Origin: an uncultured Bacillota bacterium
GTDB taxonomy: Bacteria; Bacillota; DTU025; MWDF01
NCBI GenBank assembly: GCA_963823655.1
Contig: CAWGMK010000013.1
Span: 416,001 to 480,000, forward strand
Length of the DNA stretch: 64,000 nucleotides
Direction of reading: 5' to 3'
This document shows positions 1-10,809 of the stretch, piece after piece; positions within the stretch are counted from its first letter, which is position 1; each line of letters begins with the position of its first letter. Below the pieces are notes generated by a model. It had not been told where the DNA came from. It saw only the letters and a program-made list of their open reading frames with translations, and ran no database searches. A program made the translations under genes and the position numbers.

Positions 1-14
1 TTCCCCTCCGTCAG

Positions 15-870
15 TCAGGCGATCCCGTCGACCGCCAGAGTAAGTTTCATCTCCAGCCTGCTTCTCTCAAGCTTAAGGCCCAGTCCCTTGACTATTCTCT
101 CATTGTCGCTTCCCTCAGGAATCGTTGTGAAAACCGCCGGCAGGAAACGTGCGGTGGGCACTCTGTATAGCAGCTCCCCCGCTTCGCCGGGCTCGGTCCC
201 TTCCGTAAACCTCATATCCAGTATCCAGCACAAAGACCTGGTAGAATAAGCCATGTACCCGAACGGAGCCCCGTTTTTCTGGGCAAGGATGCTGATTATG
301 CCATCCTTCATGTTAGTAAGGCTTTTAAGCTCGCTTTCCCAGAGCGGCTGCTCCCTTTCCCCGATAAAAAGCGAAGAGGCCTCCTCTATTCCCAGGTACG
401 AGAAGCGCAAGCTGCCCGGATTGCCTCCCCTGATGTGCCCCTCCCAGTGGCCTACCCGCCGTACCTTGGCAAAGCCCATGGAAGCGTAAAGGTTAATGGC
501 AGCGTCATTGGCCTCGAATACGTGCAAGCCTATCGTGCGACAACCGTCCATCCTTGCCCTTGCTATCGACCACTTCATAAGCCTTCTGCCAATGCCCTTG
601 CCCCTAAGGCCTGCCTTGACCGCGAGCGACGCAATGTAGCCCCTGTCGGGATCCCTGATGCCTGTCAGCACAACGCCGGCAGGCTCTCCCGACAAATAGG
701 CGATGCCGGAGTCTCGAGGCTCCACATCAAGCCAGTTTAGGACCCTCCTATAGCCCAAGGGGCCATGCATCAGAACATTCGGCTCGACGTCCTGCCAGCA
801 TGAATCGAACACGCTGGCGATCTCCTCGTCGCCCATGCTGCTAAGAGGGGCTAATCCTTACGCTATCCAC
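15..870 (-). CDS. GNAT-family acetyltransferase
   Basis: ORF 15..836 has acetyl-CoA motif A (LRGKGIGRRLM) and motif B (NDAAINLYASMGF). The likely true start is GTG at 870 (MDSVRI..PLSSMG), displaced by a 1-nt indel near 850. Confidence 0.75.
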
Positions 871-2698
871 GGTTTATCCCGGCCTTTCCTTTCTGCCATG
901 GATTATCGTCGCGCACCATTTCCGGCGGTACAAGGGCCTTCGGCCCATATCCGATCAGGTCCTTGCGGCCTAATATCGAAAGAGCTTCCCTGACGAGGCG
1001 CCTGTTTTGCGGCAGCGACCACTGAAGAAGGGCCCTTTGCATCTCTTTCTCCTTGTCCTTCGCCACATGCACAGGCTTCATCGTAATCGGGTCGATGCCC
1101 GTATGGAACATGGTCGTAGCCTCGGTTCCCGGTGTCGGTGTGAAGTCCTGTACCTGCTCGGGCACGTAGCCCAAGCTGTCTTTCAGGTATAGGGCAAGAT
1201 CAAGCGCGTCTTTCAGCTCAGCCCCCGGATGGCCCGAGATGAAGTATGAGACAAGGTACTGCTCTTTGCCGCACTCCTGGCTGAACTTGCCGAAGAGGCT
1301 GCGGAACCTGTCGTAGTCGTCCCCTGTAGACTTCCTCATAACCGAAAGGACTCCCTCGCTTATATGCTCGGGGGCGACTTTCAGCTGCCCGCTGACATTC
1401 TCCGCTACTATCTGCTTCATCAGGCTCCTGCCCTTGTCCGAACCTAGCAGATAGTCGTACCTGAGGCCGGATCTTACGAACACCTTCCTCACGCCGGGTA
1501 TCTGCCCGGCCTTCCTTAGAAGATCCTCGTATTCATCCTGCCCGTCCTGCATGAAGCGGCATTTGTCTGGCCATACGCAAGCCCTCGCGCCGTCGCAGGA
1601 GATGCCGCTTCCGCATTGCGACATGTAGTAGTTGGCAGTAGGCCCTCCGATGTCGTGGACTATGCCCTTAAACCTCGGATCCCTTGAAAAGGCGTTGATC
1701 TCCCCAAGCACGGACTCCTTGCTCCTGGATTGCATCACGCGGCCCTGATGGGCCCAGAGCGCGCAGAAGGAACATGAGCCGAAGCAGCCCCTGTGGGCCG
1801 TCACGGAGAACAGGACCTCCTCCAGGGCGGGGACTCCGCCTTTGGCGTCGTACATAGGATGCCAGTTCCTCGTGTAGCCCAACGATGCGAACCCGTCCAG
1901 CTCCTGGGTCGTGAGAACGTTCTGCGGGTAAACGACGACGAACCTGTTGGCATGCGGCTGCACAATGGGCCGCGGCGCCTTCCTGAGGCTCTCCTTCATC
2001 TGCGCGGCAAAGCACTCTGCATAGACCTTCTTGTCTCCTGCAACTTCCTCAAAGGACGGGATGAAAAGGCAGTCTCCTTCTGGCTTCCCCGAAACGACGA
2101 CTGCTGTTCCGCCAATCCCCGCAAAACCGGCAAGCCCCGAGTCGGACCTTCTTGCGATCTCTATTATGGCCTTCTCACCCATGCCGTAAACGAGCACGTC
2201 CGCCCTTGAGTCCAGCAGTATGGACCTTCTAACCTTATCGTCCCAGTAGTCATAGTGGGCGAGCCTTCTCATCGAGGCTTCTATGCCGCCGATTACTATG
2301 GGGACTCCCGGCCATGCGCTCCTGGCCCTGTTGGCGTAAACCGTTACCGCCCTGTCGGGCCTTTTTCCTGGCTCACCTGCGGGCGAGAAGCTGTCCTTCT
2401 TCCTTCTGAACTTCATAGGTGAGTAGTTGGAGACCATGGAATCCAGGTTGCCCGATGTGATGCCGCAGAAAAGGCGCGGCTTCGGAATTGCGGCGAAGTC
2501 CTTATCGGACTTGAAATCCGGCTGGGCCAGTATTGCGACTTTATATCCTTTTGATTCAAGAACCCTGCCAATTACGGCTGCGCCGAAGGCAGGGTGGTCT
2601 ACATAAGCATCTCCGGTGACGATAACAATGTCCGGCCTGTCCCATCCCAGGGCGCTTATTTCTGCGGCGCTCGCCGGCAACGGCCTTATTTTCTCCAT
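863..2698 (-). CDS. ygiQ: YgiQ/UPF0313 radical SAM protein
   Basis: GDAYVDHPAFG N-terminus, CFGSCSFC radical SAM motif, QVQDFTPTPGT. Start moved to ATG 2698 behind a GGAGGTGG SD. Confidence 0.9.
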   Translation of the reverse strand: MEKIRPLPASAAEISALGWDRPDIVIVTGDAYVDHPAFGAAVIGRVLESKGYKVAILAQPDFKSDKDFAAIPKPRLFCGITSGNLDSMVSNYSPMKFRRKKDSFSPAGEPGKRPDRAVTVYANRARSAWPGVPIVIGGIEASMRRLAHYDYWDDKVRRSILLDSRADVLVYGMGEKAIIEIARRSDSGLAGFAGIGGTAVVVSGKPEGDCLFIPSFEEVAGDKKVYAECFAAQMKESLRKAPRPIVQPHANRFVVVYPQNVLTTQELDGFASLGYTRNWHPMYDAKGGVPALEEVLFSVTAHRGCFGSCSFCALWAHQGRVMQSRSKESVLGEINAFSRDPRFKGIVHDIGGPTANYYMSQCGSGISCDGARACVWPDKCRFMQDGQDEYEDLLRKAGQIPGVRKVFVRSGLRYDYLLGSDKGRSLMKQIVAENVSGQLKVAPEHISEGVLSVMRKSTGDDYDRFRSLFGKFSQECGKEQYLVSYFISGHPGAELKDALDLALYLKDSLGYVPEQVQDFTPTPGTEATTMFHTGIDPITMKPVHVAKDKEKEMQRALLQWSLPQNRRLVREALSILGRKDLIGYGPKALVPPEMVRDDNPWQKGKAGINRG

Positions 2699-2801
2699 AT
2701 CCACCTCCGCCTCCCATCGCGTTCTTTGCGAGGTCGGCATGTCCTTAACATCAAATATTCCATAAGCCCGGAAACCCATGCTCCAAAGGCCCGCCCGTTG
2801 C

Positions 2802-3611
2802 TCAGAAGGGCTGGTAGCCCGAAGGGAATGAGATGTCCATCACTTTCCTGGAAAGGCCCGGGCTGCCCAAATCCTTGCCGTTATAAATAATGCCGGCTCC
2901 ACCGGCGTTTCCCAGCCGTACCCATATCCCCTGTTCGGCCCTAAGCTCAATGGAGTCCCCGTTCCTGAAAATCCCCTCGCGGACTTTCTCGCCGTCCGCA
3001 TATGCCCTTATCCAGCAATCATCGCTGAAGTTCATCGTCAGGCTGTGGGCGTAAGTCGCCACAGCATCGGTGCCCGAGGGCTCAGCCGCCGTCTGCACCA
3101 CAGGTTCTACGATATCCGCCGTAGGCAGGGAAGGGCTCACATCAGCGGAAGGAGGAGCAACAGGGGCCGCGTCGCCGCCGCCAAGCTTTCCGCCCGAAAG
3201 GAAGAAGACGATGAGCACCAGAGCAGTAAGAGCGATAATGACAAGGGCTGTCAGCAGGGTCCTCTTCCTTGCCGCCTGCCTTCTCATCTGCATGATCCTT
3301 TCCTTCTTCTGCGCCCTGCTTAAAGACGAGGACTCAAGGCCGGGTACTCCGTTTTCCTCATTGAAACCGTTATACCCCACCATCTCCTTGTCCAGCATCT
3401 CGGCCGCCTGCTGGGGGTCCATCCCTAAGAAGGATGCGTAGCTTTTCACATAAAGCTTCACATAGATCTGCCCGGGTATGAGGTTGTAGTTGCCCTTTTC
3501 GACCGCTTCTATATAGGCGGACCTTATAAGAGTCGCGCCCTCCACGTCAGCAAGGCTGGCGCCCATTGCCTGCCTGCGCTCCGCAAGCAGTTCCCCTATC
3601 CTTTTTTGCAC
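2802..3611 (-). CDS. rodZ: RodZ/YmfM cell-shape protein (HTH + TM + DUF4115)
   Basis: N-terminal HTH (IGELLAERRQAMGASL...YVKSYASFLG), one TM helix, C-terminal WVRLGNAGG; sits downstream of ftsK. Confidence 0.85.
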   Translation of the reverse strand: MQKRIGELLAERRQAMGASLADVEGATLIRSAYIEAVEKGNYNLIPGQIYVKLYVKSYASFLGMDPQQAAEMLDKEMVGYNGFNEENGVPGLESSSLSRAQKKERIMQMRRQAARKRTLLTALVIIALTALVLIVFFLSGGKLGGGDAAPVAPPSADVSPSLPTADIVEPVVQTAAEPSGTDAVATYAHSLTMNFSDDCWIRAYADGEKVREGIFRNGDSIELRAEQGIWVRLGNAGGAGIIYNGKDLGSPGLSRKVMDISFPSGYQPF

Positions 3612-3631
3612 GCGTCATACCCCCTCGTCGG

Positions 3632-5998
3632 TCATTCCTCTTCCCTGAGCCCTCTTATGAACTCCTCAAGCTGTACGGGGCTCATGAGGATGTTCCTCGA
3701 TTTGCTGCCGTTGTGCGGCCCTATGATGCCCATAAGCTCCATTGTGTCTATGAGCCTCGCGGCCCTGGCGTAGCCCACCCTGTACCTTCTTTGTATCTTC
3801 GATATCGAGGCCTCGCCCGATTTTATTATCAGCCTTGCGGCGTCTTCGAAGAGGTCGTCAGTCACCTCGGCGCTTTCCGACCCGCTCTCCTTCGTTTCCA
3901 GAGGTTTCGCCACATAGACCGGCTCTCCCTGCCCTTTTAGAAAGTCGACCAGAGCAAGCACCTCGGAATCCGAGATGTATGCCCCCTGTATCCTTATAGG
4001 TTTGGGCAGCCCGACGGGATGGAAGAGCATATCCCCCTTGCCGAGCAGCCTCTCGGCGCCGGGCGTATCCAGGATGACCCTGGAGTCTATTTGGGAGGAT
4101 ACCGCAAATGCTATCCTGGACGGGATGTTCGCCTTGATTATCCCCGTCACAATGTCTACCGAGGGCCTCTGGGTCGCCAGTATCAGGTGTATTCCGGCAG
4201 CCCTGGCCATGAACGCCAGCCTGCATATCGCGTCCTCCACATCGTTTTTCGCGACCATCATCAAGTCGGCGAGCTCGTCGAGGATAACGACGATATAGGG
4301 AAGCCTTCTCGGATTAAAAGTGCCGGCCTCCTGATCTGCGCCTATGACCGAGTCGCCGTCGATTATCTGCTCGAGCATGCCCTTTTCCAGCATCTCATTG
4401 TACTGGGAGATATTCCTTGCGCCCGCGATCTGGAAGATGCGGTAGCGGTTCTCCATCTCCTCGCAGACCCATTTCAAATAGCCTGCGGCCTTCTTGGGGT
4501 CGGTCACCACAGGCGCGATAAGGTGCGGGATGCCATTGTAGACTGATAGCTCGACTCTTTTCGGATCTATCATCAGCAGCCTTACATCCTCGGGCGTCGC
4601 CCTGAAAAGAAGGCTTGCTATAATCGTGTTCAAGCAGACGCTCTTGCCCGATCCGGTGGAACCGGCCACTAAAAGATGCAGTATATCGGTAAGGTCGGCC
4701 ACAATGGCATTGCCTGCTATGTCCTTGCCTAAGGCTACGATGAGCCTTCCTTCGGCCTTCTGGTAAGCCTCCGTTTCGAGCACTTCCCTGAAGTAGACGA
4801 AGCCCTTATCCCTGTTGGGTATCTCTACACCGACTGCTGCCTTGCCGGGAATCGGTGCTTCTATTCGGATTCCGGGAGCTGCGAAAGCAAGCGCGATATC
4901 GTCGACGAGGCTTGCTATCCTTGCGACTTTAACGCCGGAGCTGGGCTGGACTTCAAACCTGGTTACAGTGGGCCCCTGGCTTACGCTTACCACCTTCGCC
5001 GAAACACCGAAGGAGTTTAATGTGGCTTCCAGCGTCTTTGACATCTCGATTACATCGTAGCTGTCTCCCTTGACCTTCTTGCGCTGTATGGGGACTCCTA
5101 GTATTGACAGTGGGGGCAGAAGCGGCAGATGCCCCGCCCTGCCCTGCAGGGTCTGTTCGGGCTTGCGCCACTCCTCAAGCCTTTTCTGCCTCGGCTCCCT
5201 TCTTTGCGGGGCCGCCGGCGAGGCCTCATCCTCGGTGGGATCTTTATGGGTTAAGTCATGCCCCTGATCAGCGGTCGGGGCGAATGAAATTGACGGAGTC
5301 TCGGCAGTCTGTGAGCCTATATCATCCAAGCCCTTCCTCTGCAAGCCCTGCTCGGCCTGGCCGGCTGGCTGCTCTAGGAGCTTCAAAACTAGCGACTTGT
5401 AACCGATAACCACAAGCTTCCAAAGCGAGATCAGCCCGTACCAAAAACATGCGAAGACAAAAGTTGCCGCAGTGCTTAGCGGTATATTGGAGAGCACTAC
5501 GAGGCAAATCAGCGCGACTGCCGTATGTAGTATGCCCGATCCTATATGGCCGATAAGTCCGGCCGGCACTGAGGCAAGAAAGCCTCCCATCGCCCCGCCC
5601 GCTTTTCCGTATTCCCCGTACTCACCGCCGATTATCGCAGCGATCGCTGCCGATGAGGCGACAAGCCCTACCAGGGCAAGCAGCCTTAGCGAGCCGAAAT
5701 AGCCCTTCTTTCTGATGAGCATCAGTATGCCGGCATAGCCTAGGGCCGCTGGCAGCACGAATACGGCATAGCCCATTAGCCACTTTAGCCATTTGGACGC
5801 TTTCAGGCCTATAACTCCAATAGAACCGGCAGTAGTGCCGCCGGCTTCGCCGAGCACCAGGAAGACAAGGACAAGAAGGCCCACGGCAAGGCAGGCTATC
5901 CCCATGGCCTCCAGGCCCAGCTGTCCGCCGAGCACTTCCTGGCCCTTGGGACTTGCGGCCTTGATATCCACCCTTCTGCTTCTGCCTTTTAACGCCAA
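3632..5998 (-). CDS. ftsK: FtsK/SpoIIIE DNA translocase
   Basis: N-terminal TM helices, Walker A GSTGSGKS, DELADLMM, ATQRPSVD, gamma domain (RVGYARAARLID). Confidence 0.96.
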   Translation of the reverse strand: MALKGRSRRVDIKAASPKGQEVLGGQLGLEAMGIACLAVGLLVLVFLVLGEAGGTTAGSIGVIGLKASKWLKWLMGYAVFVLPAALGYAGILMLIRKKGYFGSLRLLALVGLVASSAAIAAIIGGEYGEYGKAGGAMGGFLASVPAGLIGHIGSGILHTAVALICLVVLSNIPLSTAATFVFACFWYGLISLWKLVVIGYKSLVLKLLEQPAGQAEQGLQRKGLDDIGSQTAETPSISFAPTADQGHDLTHKDPTEDEASPAAPQRREPRQKRLEEWRKPEQTLQGRAGHLPLLPPLSILGVPIQRKKVKGDSYDVIEMSKTLEATLNSFGVSAKVVSVSQGPTVTRFEVQPSSGVKVARIASLVDDIALAFAAPGIRIEAPIPGKAAVGVEIPNRDKGFVYFREVLETEAYQKAEGRLIVALGKDIAGNAIVADLTDILHLLVAGSTGSGKSVCLNTIIASLLFRATPEDVRLLMIDPKRVELSVYNGIPHLIAPVVTDPKKAAGYLKWVCEEMENRYRIFQIAGARNISQYNEMLEKGMLEQIIDGDSVIGADQEAGTFNPRRLPYIVVILDELADLMMVAKNDVEDAICRLAFMARAAGIHLILATQRPSVDIVTGIIKANIPSRIAFAVSSQIDSRVILDTPGAERLLGKGDMLFHPVGLPKPIRIQGAYISDSEVLALVDFLKGQGEPVYVAKPLETKESGSESAEVTDDLFEDAARLIIKSGEASISKIQRRYRVGYARAARLIDTMELMGIIGPHNGSKSRNILMSPVQLEEFIRGLREEE

Positions 5999-6013
5999 AC
6001 TTATGCCCCCTCT

Positions 6014-6835
6014 TTAGACGCCGGCTATCGAATAAAGCGCTGCATTTAGCGCCGCAACCAGGAATACCCAAATCGCAAACGGCAGGAAGCCGCGGCGTCC
6101 TGCCAGCTTCTTCAGCACCGATATCGCCAGCAGGCCAGTTGCAAGGCTTGCCGCCATGCCGATCAAAGTGTTTGCCAAACTGCCGCCCGTAAACGCCATT
6201 CCCCCATCTGAAAGCTGAAATACGAAAGCCCCCAGGATCACTGGCAGAGATGCCATCATCGAATAATCAATGGCCCATTGGGCTGCAAAGCCGCACATAA
6301 GAGCCGCGGCTATCGTCATGCCCGAGCGCGATATCCCGGGAAGCAGCGCTACTGCCTGTGCGATGCCAATTATCAGGGCCGATGAGAACATCGTGTCCCT
6401 GGAATTGGCGACTCTGCCCTCCCTGCCCCTTGAAACGATTATCAGGACTACGCCTGTCACGCAAAGGAAAGCTGAGATGGCAATCGGGCTCGAAAACGCG
6501 GCCTCAACCCTGTTTTGCAGGAAGAATCCCGCAAGGGCGGCCGGAACAGATGTAAGGGCCAGGAGCAGAACGAGCCTTCCGCCACCTATGCTGTCCCTCT
6601 TCGACTTTGTGCCCACCAGCGGCGAGAACAGGTCCGCGGCATATGAAAGCAGCTGCTTGAAGTAGAAAATCACCACGGCAAGCGCGGTGCCAAGGTGCAC
6701 TGCCGTATCGAAGCCCAGGTCTGTGCCTGTGCCCAGAATTCGCTGCGCAATTGCCAGGTGCCCGGAGCTTGATACCGGCAGGAACTCGGTAAGCCCCTGC
6801 ACTATTCCCAATATCGCGTATTTCAGCTGCTCCAT
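6014..6835 (-). CDS. uppP: Undecaprenyl-diphosphatase
   Basis: QGLTEFLPVSSSGHL and PGISRSGMT motifs. Confidence 0.95.
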   Translation of the reverse strand: MEQLKYAILGIVQGLTEFLPVSSSGHLAIAQRILGTGTDLGFDTAVHLGTALAVVIFYFKQLLSYAADLFSPLVGTKSKRDSIGGGRLVLLLALTSVPAALAGFFLQNRVEAAFSSPIAISAFLCVTGVVLIIVSRGREGRVANSRDTMFSSALIIGIAQAVALLPGISRSGMTIAAALMCGFAAQWAIDYSMMASLPVILGAFVFQLSDGGMAFTGGSLANTLIGMAASLATGLLAISVLKKLAGRRGFLPFAIWVFLVAALNAALYSIAGV

Positions 6836-6887
6836 CAGATATCTCCTCTGCAGAAATCATATTATGAATGAAATGGCCCGCAAGATC

Positions 6888-8555
6888 CTACAGCTCCAAT
6901 ACGTGGGGTATTATGAGCGGTTTCCTGCCGGTGCGCTGCGAGAGGAAATTGACGATGACTTCCTTCATGGTCTCGGCTACCGCGGCGCTTCCCATGCTTG
7001 TCTGCTTCATAAGCGCCTTCCGGCACTCCTTGCCCACTTCCTCGAAAAGCGCCTCGTTCTCCTTCTCGTACACGAACCCCCTTGAGACGATCTCCGGCCC
7101 CTTGAGGAACGCCCCCGTATCCTTGTCGATTACAACTACGGCGACTAGTATGCCGTCGTTTGAAAGCAGCATTCTGTCCCTCAGGACGTACTTGCCGACA
7201 TCGCCCACTCCATATCCGTCAACCATGACGCGCGCCGCCTGCACATGCCCGTTTATCCTGGCCTTGCCGCCTTTCAGCTCGATAACGTCCCCGCTGCCCG
7301 CGATGAGCACGTTCTCCTTGGGAATGCCCATGCGCTGCGCAAGCTTGGCGTGGCTGTACAGGTGGATGTACTCTCCGTGCACAGGCAGGAAGTTCCTGGG
7401 ATTCACAAGGCCTATTACCAGCTTGAGCTCCTCCTGGCTTGCATGGCCTGATACATGGACCTTTGCGTCCCTGCGGCCGATCACCTCGGCACCCAGCTTG
7501 AAGAGGTGGTTCATAGTCTTGTAGACCGACTTCTCATTGCCGGGTATTATGCTTGCCGCGATTATTACGGTGTCGCCCTTCTTAATGGAAGTCCTCTTGA
7601 ACTCGGACATCGCCATCCTGGTGAGCGCCGACGTCGGTTCGCCCTGTGTGCCGGTCGTGATTATCACGACTTCGTTGTCAGGCAGGTCGTCCACCTGGGA
7701 GAGTTCAATCATTACGCCGGGGTACGGCTTGATGTAACCTAACTCCATTGCGATCTTGCTGTTCACTATCAGGCTGCGGCCCGCTATAGCCACTTTCCTG
7801 CCTGTGTCGGCAGCCGCCTGAAGAACCTGCTGTATCCTTGCGACGTGGGAAGCGAAAGTCGCGACCAACACCCTGCCCTCTGCCGCCCTGAACTCCTCAA
7901 GCAGTCCCTCGCCTACGATGCTTTCCGAGCCTGTGTAGCCCGCGTTGATGGCATTGGTGGAATCTGAAAGCATCAGGGCCACGCCCTGCCTGCCAAGCTC
8001 CGCGAAGCGGGTCAAATCCATACGCTTGCCATCGATGGGGGTCTGGTCGATCTTGAAGTCCCCGGTGTGCAATATGAGCCCGGCCCTTGTGCTGACTGCA
8101 ATGCCGAAGCTGTCCGCGATGCTGTGGCAGACGGTGATGAACTCGACCTTCATGCTGCCGGCTTCGATAACGTCGCCACCTTTTATCGACCTGCTGGATG
8201 AGCTTATGAACAGCCCCTGCTCCTTCATCCTGGCGTTGACGAAAGCGATGGTAAGTGCCCCGCCGTAGACCGGCACATCCGGGAGAAACCTGAGCAGGTA
8301 AGGGATCGCCCCTATGTGGTCCTCATGGCCGTGCGTAAGGAACAGCCCTCTGACCTTTGCCCTGTTCTCTAGAATGTAGGAGAAGTCGGGTATGACTATG
8401 TCGACTCCCGGCATGTCCTCCTCTGGGAACATAAGCCCGGCATCGATTATTACCATATCCTCTTCGGTCTCGATCACCGTGCAATTGAGGCCGATCTCAC
8501 CGACGCCCCCCAACGGAATGATCCTGACCGGCAATGATTTTCTTCTTGTGCTCAA
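6888..8555 (-). CDS. rnj: Ribonuclease J
   Basis: PLGGVGEIG, THGHEDHIG, HTGDFK, HVSGHAS; TTG start with AAGGAGGT SD. Confidence 0.96.
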   Translation of the reverse strand: MSTRRKSLPVRIIPLGGVGEIGLNCTVIETEEDMVIIDAGLMFPEEDMPGVDIVIPDFSYILENRAKVRGLFLTHGHEDHIGAIPYLLRFLPDVPVYGGALTIAFVNARMKEQGLFISSSSRSIKGGDVIEAGSMKVEFITVCHSIADSFGIAVSTRAGLILHTGDFKIDQTPIDGKRMDLTRFAELGRQGVALMLSDSTNAINAGYTGSESIVGEGLLEEFRAAEGRVLVATFASHVARIQQVLQAAADTGRKVAIAGRSLIVNSKIAMELGYIKPYPGVMIELSQVDDLPDNEVVIITTGTQGEPTSALTRMAMSEFKRTSIKKGDTVIIAASIIPGNEKSVYKTMNHLFKLGAEVIGRRDAKVHVSGHASQEELKLVIGLVNPRNFLPVHGEYIHLYSHAKLAQRMGIPKENVLIAGSGDVIELKGGKARINGHVQAARVMVDGYGVGDVGKYVLRDRMLLSNDGILVAVVVIDKDTGAFLKGPEIVSRGFVYEKENEALFEEVGKECRKALMKQTSMGSAAVAETMKEVIVNFLSQRTGRKPLIIPHVLEL

Positions 8556-8566
8556 AAGACCTCCTT

Positions 8567-8665
8567 GCGCCTTCTCGGCGCTTCGCTCAGTCCACTTCTT
8601 GCGGACATGAACATCAAGCCGACGACGGTTTCCGCCGCGGCCCTGCTAAATGCTATTTACAGGCC
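8567..8665 (-). other. Structured intergenic RNA (four adjacent hairpins) between dapA and rnj
   Basis: Minus-strand stems: CCUG-UAAAU/AUUUA-CAGG; GCCG-CGGCGG/CCGUCG-CGGC; UCA-GUCCGC/GUGGAC-UGA; GCGCC/GGCGC directly before the SD. Function is unknown. Confidence 0.45.
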
Positions 8666-9559
8666 TTAAATCAGGCCTGCCGCCCTCATACCCGCCTTGA
8701 CCTTCTCCATCTCAAGGGCCGTAAGGTCCACAAGAGGCGGCCTGACGGGGCCTGCATCTATACCCAAGAGTGAAAGCGCGGCCTTCACTGGTATCGGGTT
8801 CGTCGTTATGAACATCGCCTTAAAGGCCGGCAGCAGCCTTCTATGCAGCTCTCCAGCCTTCTTAGAATCCCCTGCCGCAAAAGCGTACACCATCTCGTGT
8901 ATCTCATTGCCGCAGACATGGGCCGCCACGCTCACAATGCCGTCCGCTCCGACTGCCATAAGGGGCACAGTCAAATTATCGTCACCGCTCAGGACCGAAA
9001 AGCCTTGCGGTGCGCCGGATACGATCTCGGCGGCCTGGTCGAGGCTTCCCGATGCCTCTTTCACGGCTACGATGTTATCGTACGCCTTCGCCAGGGAGAC
9101 AGTGGTCTCGGAGAGCATGTTAACGCTCGTCCTTCCGGGCACGACGTACAGGAGGATGGGCAGCTTGGTCTGCTCGGCTATCATTGAGAAGTGCCTGTAA
9201 AGCCCGGCCTGGGGCGGCTTGTTGTAATAGGGCGTGACCAGCATGCAGCCGTCCACTCCCAGCTTCTCCGCCTTTTTGGTAAGCTCTATCGAGCTGAAGG
9301 TGTCATTGCTTCCGGTGCCCGCGATTACGGACGCCCTTCCGCCGACGACCCCCTTCACCGCGGAGAACATCTGCAGCTTCTCCTCCTTGGAAAGGGCCGG
9401 TGACTCCCCTGTTGTGCCTGCGACGACCAGCCCGTCGGAGCCGTTTCTGACCAGGAAGTCCGCAAGCTGCTCGAGCTTGCCGAAATCTACGGATAAATCA
9501 CTTTTCATCGGGGTGACCATTGCGGTCAGCACCCTCGACTTTCTTGTGCCAGTTAGCAT
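8666..9559 (-). CDS. dapA: 4-hydroxy-tetrahydrodipicolinate synthase
   Basis: GTTGES, TPYYNKP, VKEASG, NPIPVK. Confidence 0.96.
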   Translation of the reverse strand: MLTGTRKSRVLTAMVTPMKSDLSVDFGKLEQLADFLVRNGSDGLVVAGTTGESPALSKEEKLQMFSAVKGVVGGRASVIAGTGSNDTFSSIELTKKAEKLGVDGCMLVTPYYNKPPQAGLYRHFSMIAEQTKLPILLYVVPGRTSVNMLSETTVSLAKAYDNIVAVKEASGSLDQAAEIVSGAPQGFSVLSGDDNLTVPLMAVGADGIVSVAAHVCGNEIHEMVYAFAAGDSKKAGELHRRLLPAFKAMFITTNPIPVKAALSLLGIDAGPVRPPLVDLTALEMEKVKAGMRAAGLI

Positions 9560-9575
9560 TTTCGCACCTCCAAGG

Positions 9576-10793
9576 CTAAATTCCGGGTTCGAACTCCTTA
9601 TGCAGGGCCCTTGCCGCCTTTTCTACTTCATCCTCTTTTATCAGGCACGATACCGAGTTATGGGAGTCTGAGGTCTGCATGATCTCGATATTCGCGCCCT
9701 TTAGCGCCTTTACTACCTTCGACATGACTCCCGGAATCCCCCTCATTATCTGACCAACTACCGAAACGGTTCCGCATCCTCTTACAATCGAACAAGTAAG
9801 GCCCAGGTCCTTCAGGCAAAGCTCCGTCCTCGACGTATCCTTGTCGGCCACTATGAAGGCCATCCTGTCCGCGAAAAGGCTTATCATGTCTATTGAAATG
9901 CTCTCTGCAGCAAGCTTGCTCAACACTTCCATGGAAACGTCGTCCCCTGACTTGCCGCTAAGGTCGATGAGGAATCTGGTAACGCCCAAGGTATGTGTTA
10001 CTCCGGAGACCGGCTTCTCCGATATGCTTGCGCCTACGTCCATTACCGGTCCGTCATCTATGATAGTGCCCTCTGAATCGCTAAACGTGCTCCTTATTAC
10101 CAGCGGCGTCCTGGATTTCATGGCGATTTCCACAGCTCTCGGGTGTACTACCTTCGAGCCCAGGTTCGCCATCTCTTGCATGTCGTGGTAGGAGATGTTC
10201 TTCTGGAACCTTGCCTCAGGCACTATCCTTGGGTCTGCCGTCATCACGCCCTCGACGTCGGTGAAGATCTCCACCTTGTCCGCCTTCAGCGCTGCTCCTA
10301 GTGCTGCTGCAGTCGTGTCGCTGCCGCCTCTTCCAAGAGTTGTCACATCCCCGGATGAGTCCATGCCTTGAAAGCCCGCCACCACCGGTATTATCCCTTT
10401 TGAAATTGCCAGCTTAAGCCTCGTTGTATCGATCGATGTGATCCTGGCGTCAGTGAAGTTGGCGTCCGTGATTATGCCCGCCTGGAAGCCCATGAATGAC
10501 ACAGCATTGAGCCCCTCGGCTTTAAGGGCGGCTGCAAGTACTGCAATCGATATGACTTCCCCGCAGGAGGCTATCGCGTCGCGTTCCCTTGGCTCAGCGT
10601 CATGATTATAATTCGATATCAGCTCAAGCAGGGTATCCGTTGCATATGGGGAGGGTTTCCTTCCCATTGCGGAAACCACAACCACGACCTGGTAACCGTC
10701 GGATACGGCCCTCTTTACTTTGCCGACTACCTTGGCGCAGGAATCCTTCGAGGCTACTGAGGTGCCGCCGAATTTTTGTATTAGAATACCCAT
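9576..10793 (-). CDS. dapG: Aspartate kinase (DapG type)
   Basis: QKFGGTSV, TLGRGGSDTTA, DPRIV, ACT domains; asd-dapG-dapA synteny. Confidence 0.92.
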   Translation of the reverse strand: MGILIQKFGGTSVASKDSCAKVVGKVKRAVSDGYQVVVVVSAMGRKPSPYATDTLLELISNYNHDAEPRERDAIASCGEVISIAVLAAALKAEGLNAVSFMGFQAGIITDANFTDARITSIDTTRLKLAISKGIIPVVAGFQGMDSSGDVTTLGRGGSDTTAAALGAALKADKVEIFTDVEGVMTADPRIVPEARFQKNISYHDMQEMANLGSKVVHPRAVEIAMKSRTPLVIRSTFSDSEGTIIDDGPVMDVGASISEKPVSGVTHTLGVTRFLIDLSGKSGDDVSMEVLSKLAAESISIDMISLFADRMAFIVADKDTSRTELCLKDLGLTCSIVRGCGTVSVVGQIMRGIPGVMSKVVKALKGANIEIMQTSDSHNSVSCLIKEDEVEKAARALHKEFEPGI

Positions 10794-10809
10794 TTCGCAG
10801 CCCCTCCCA

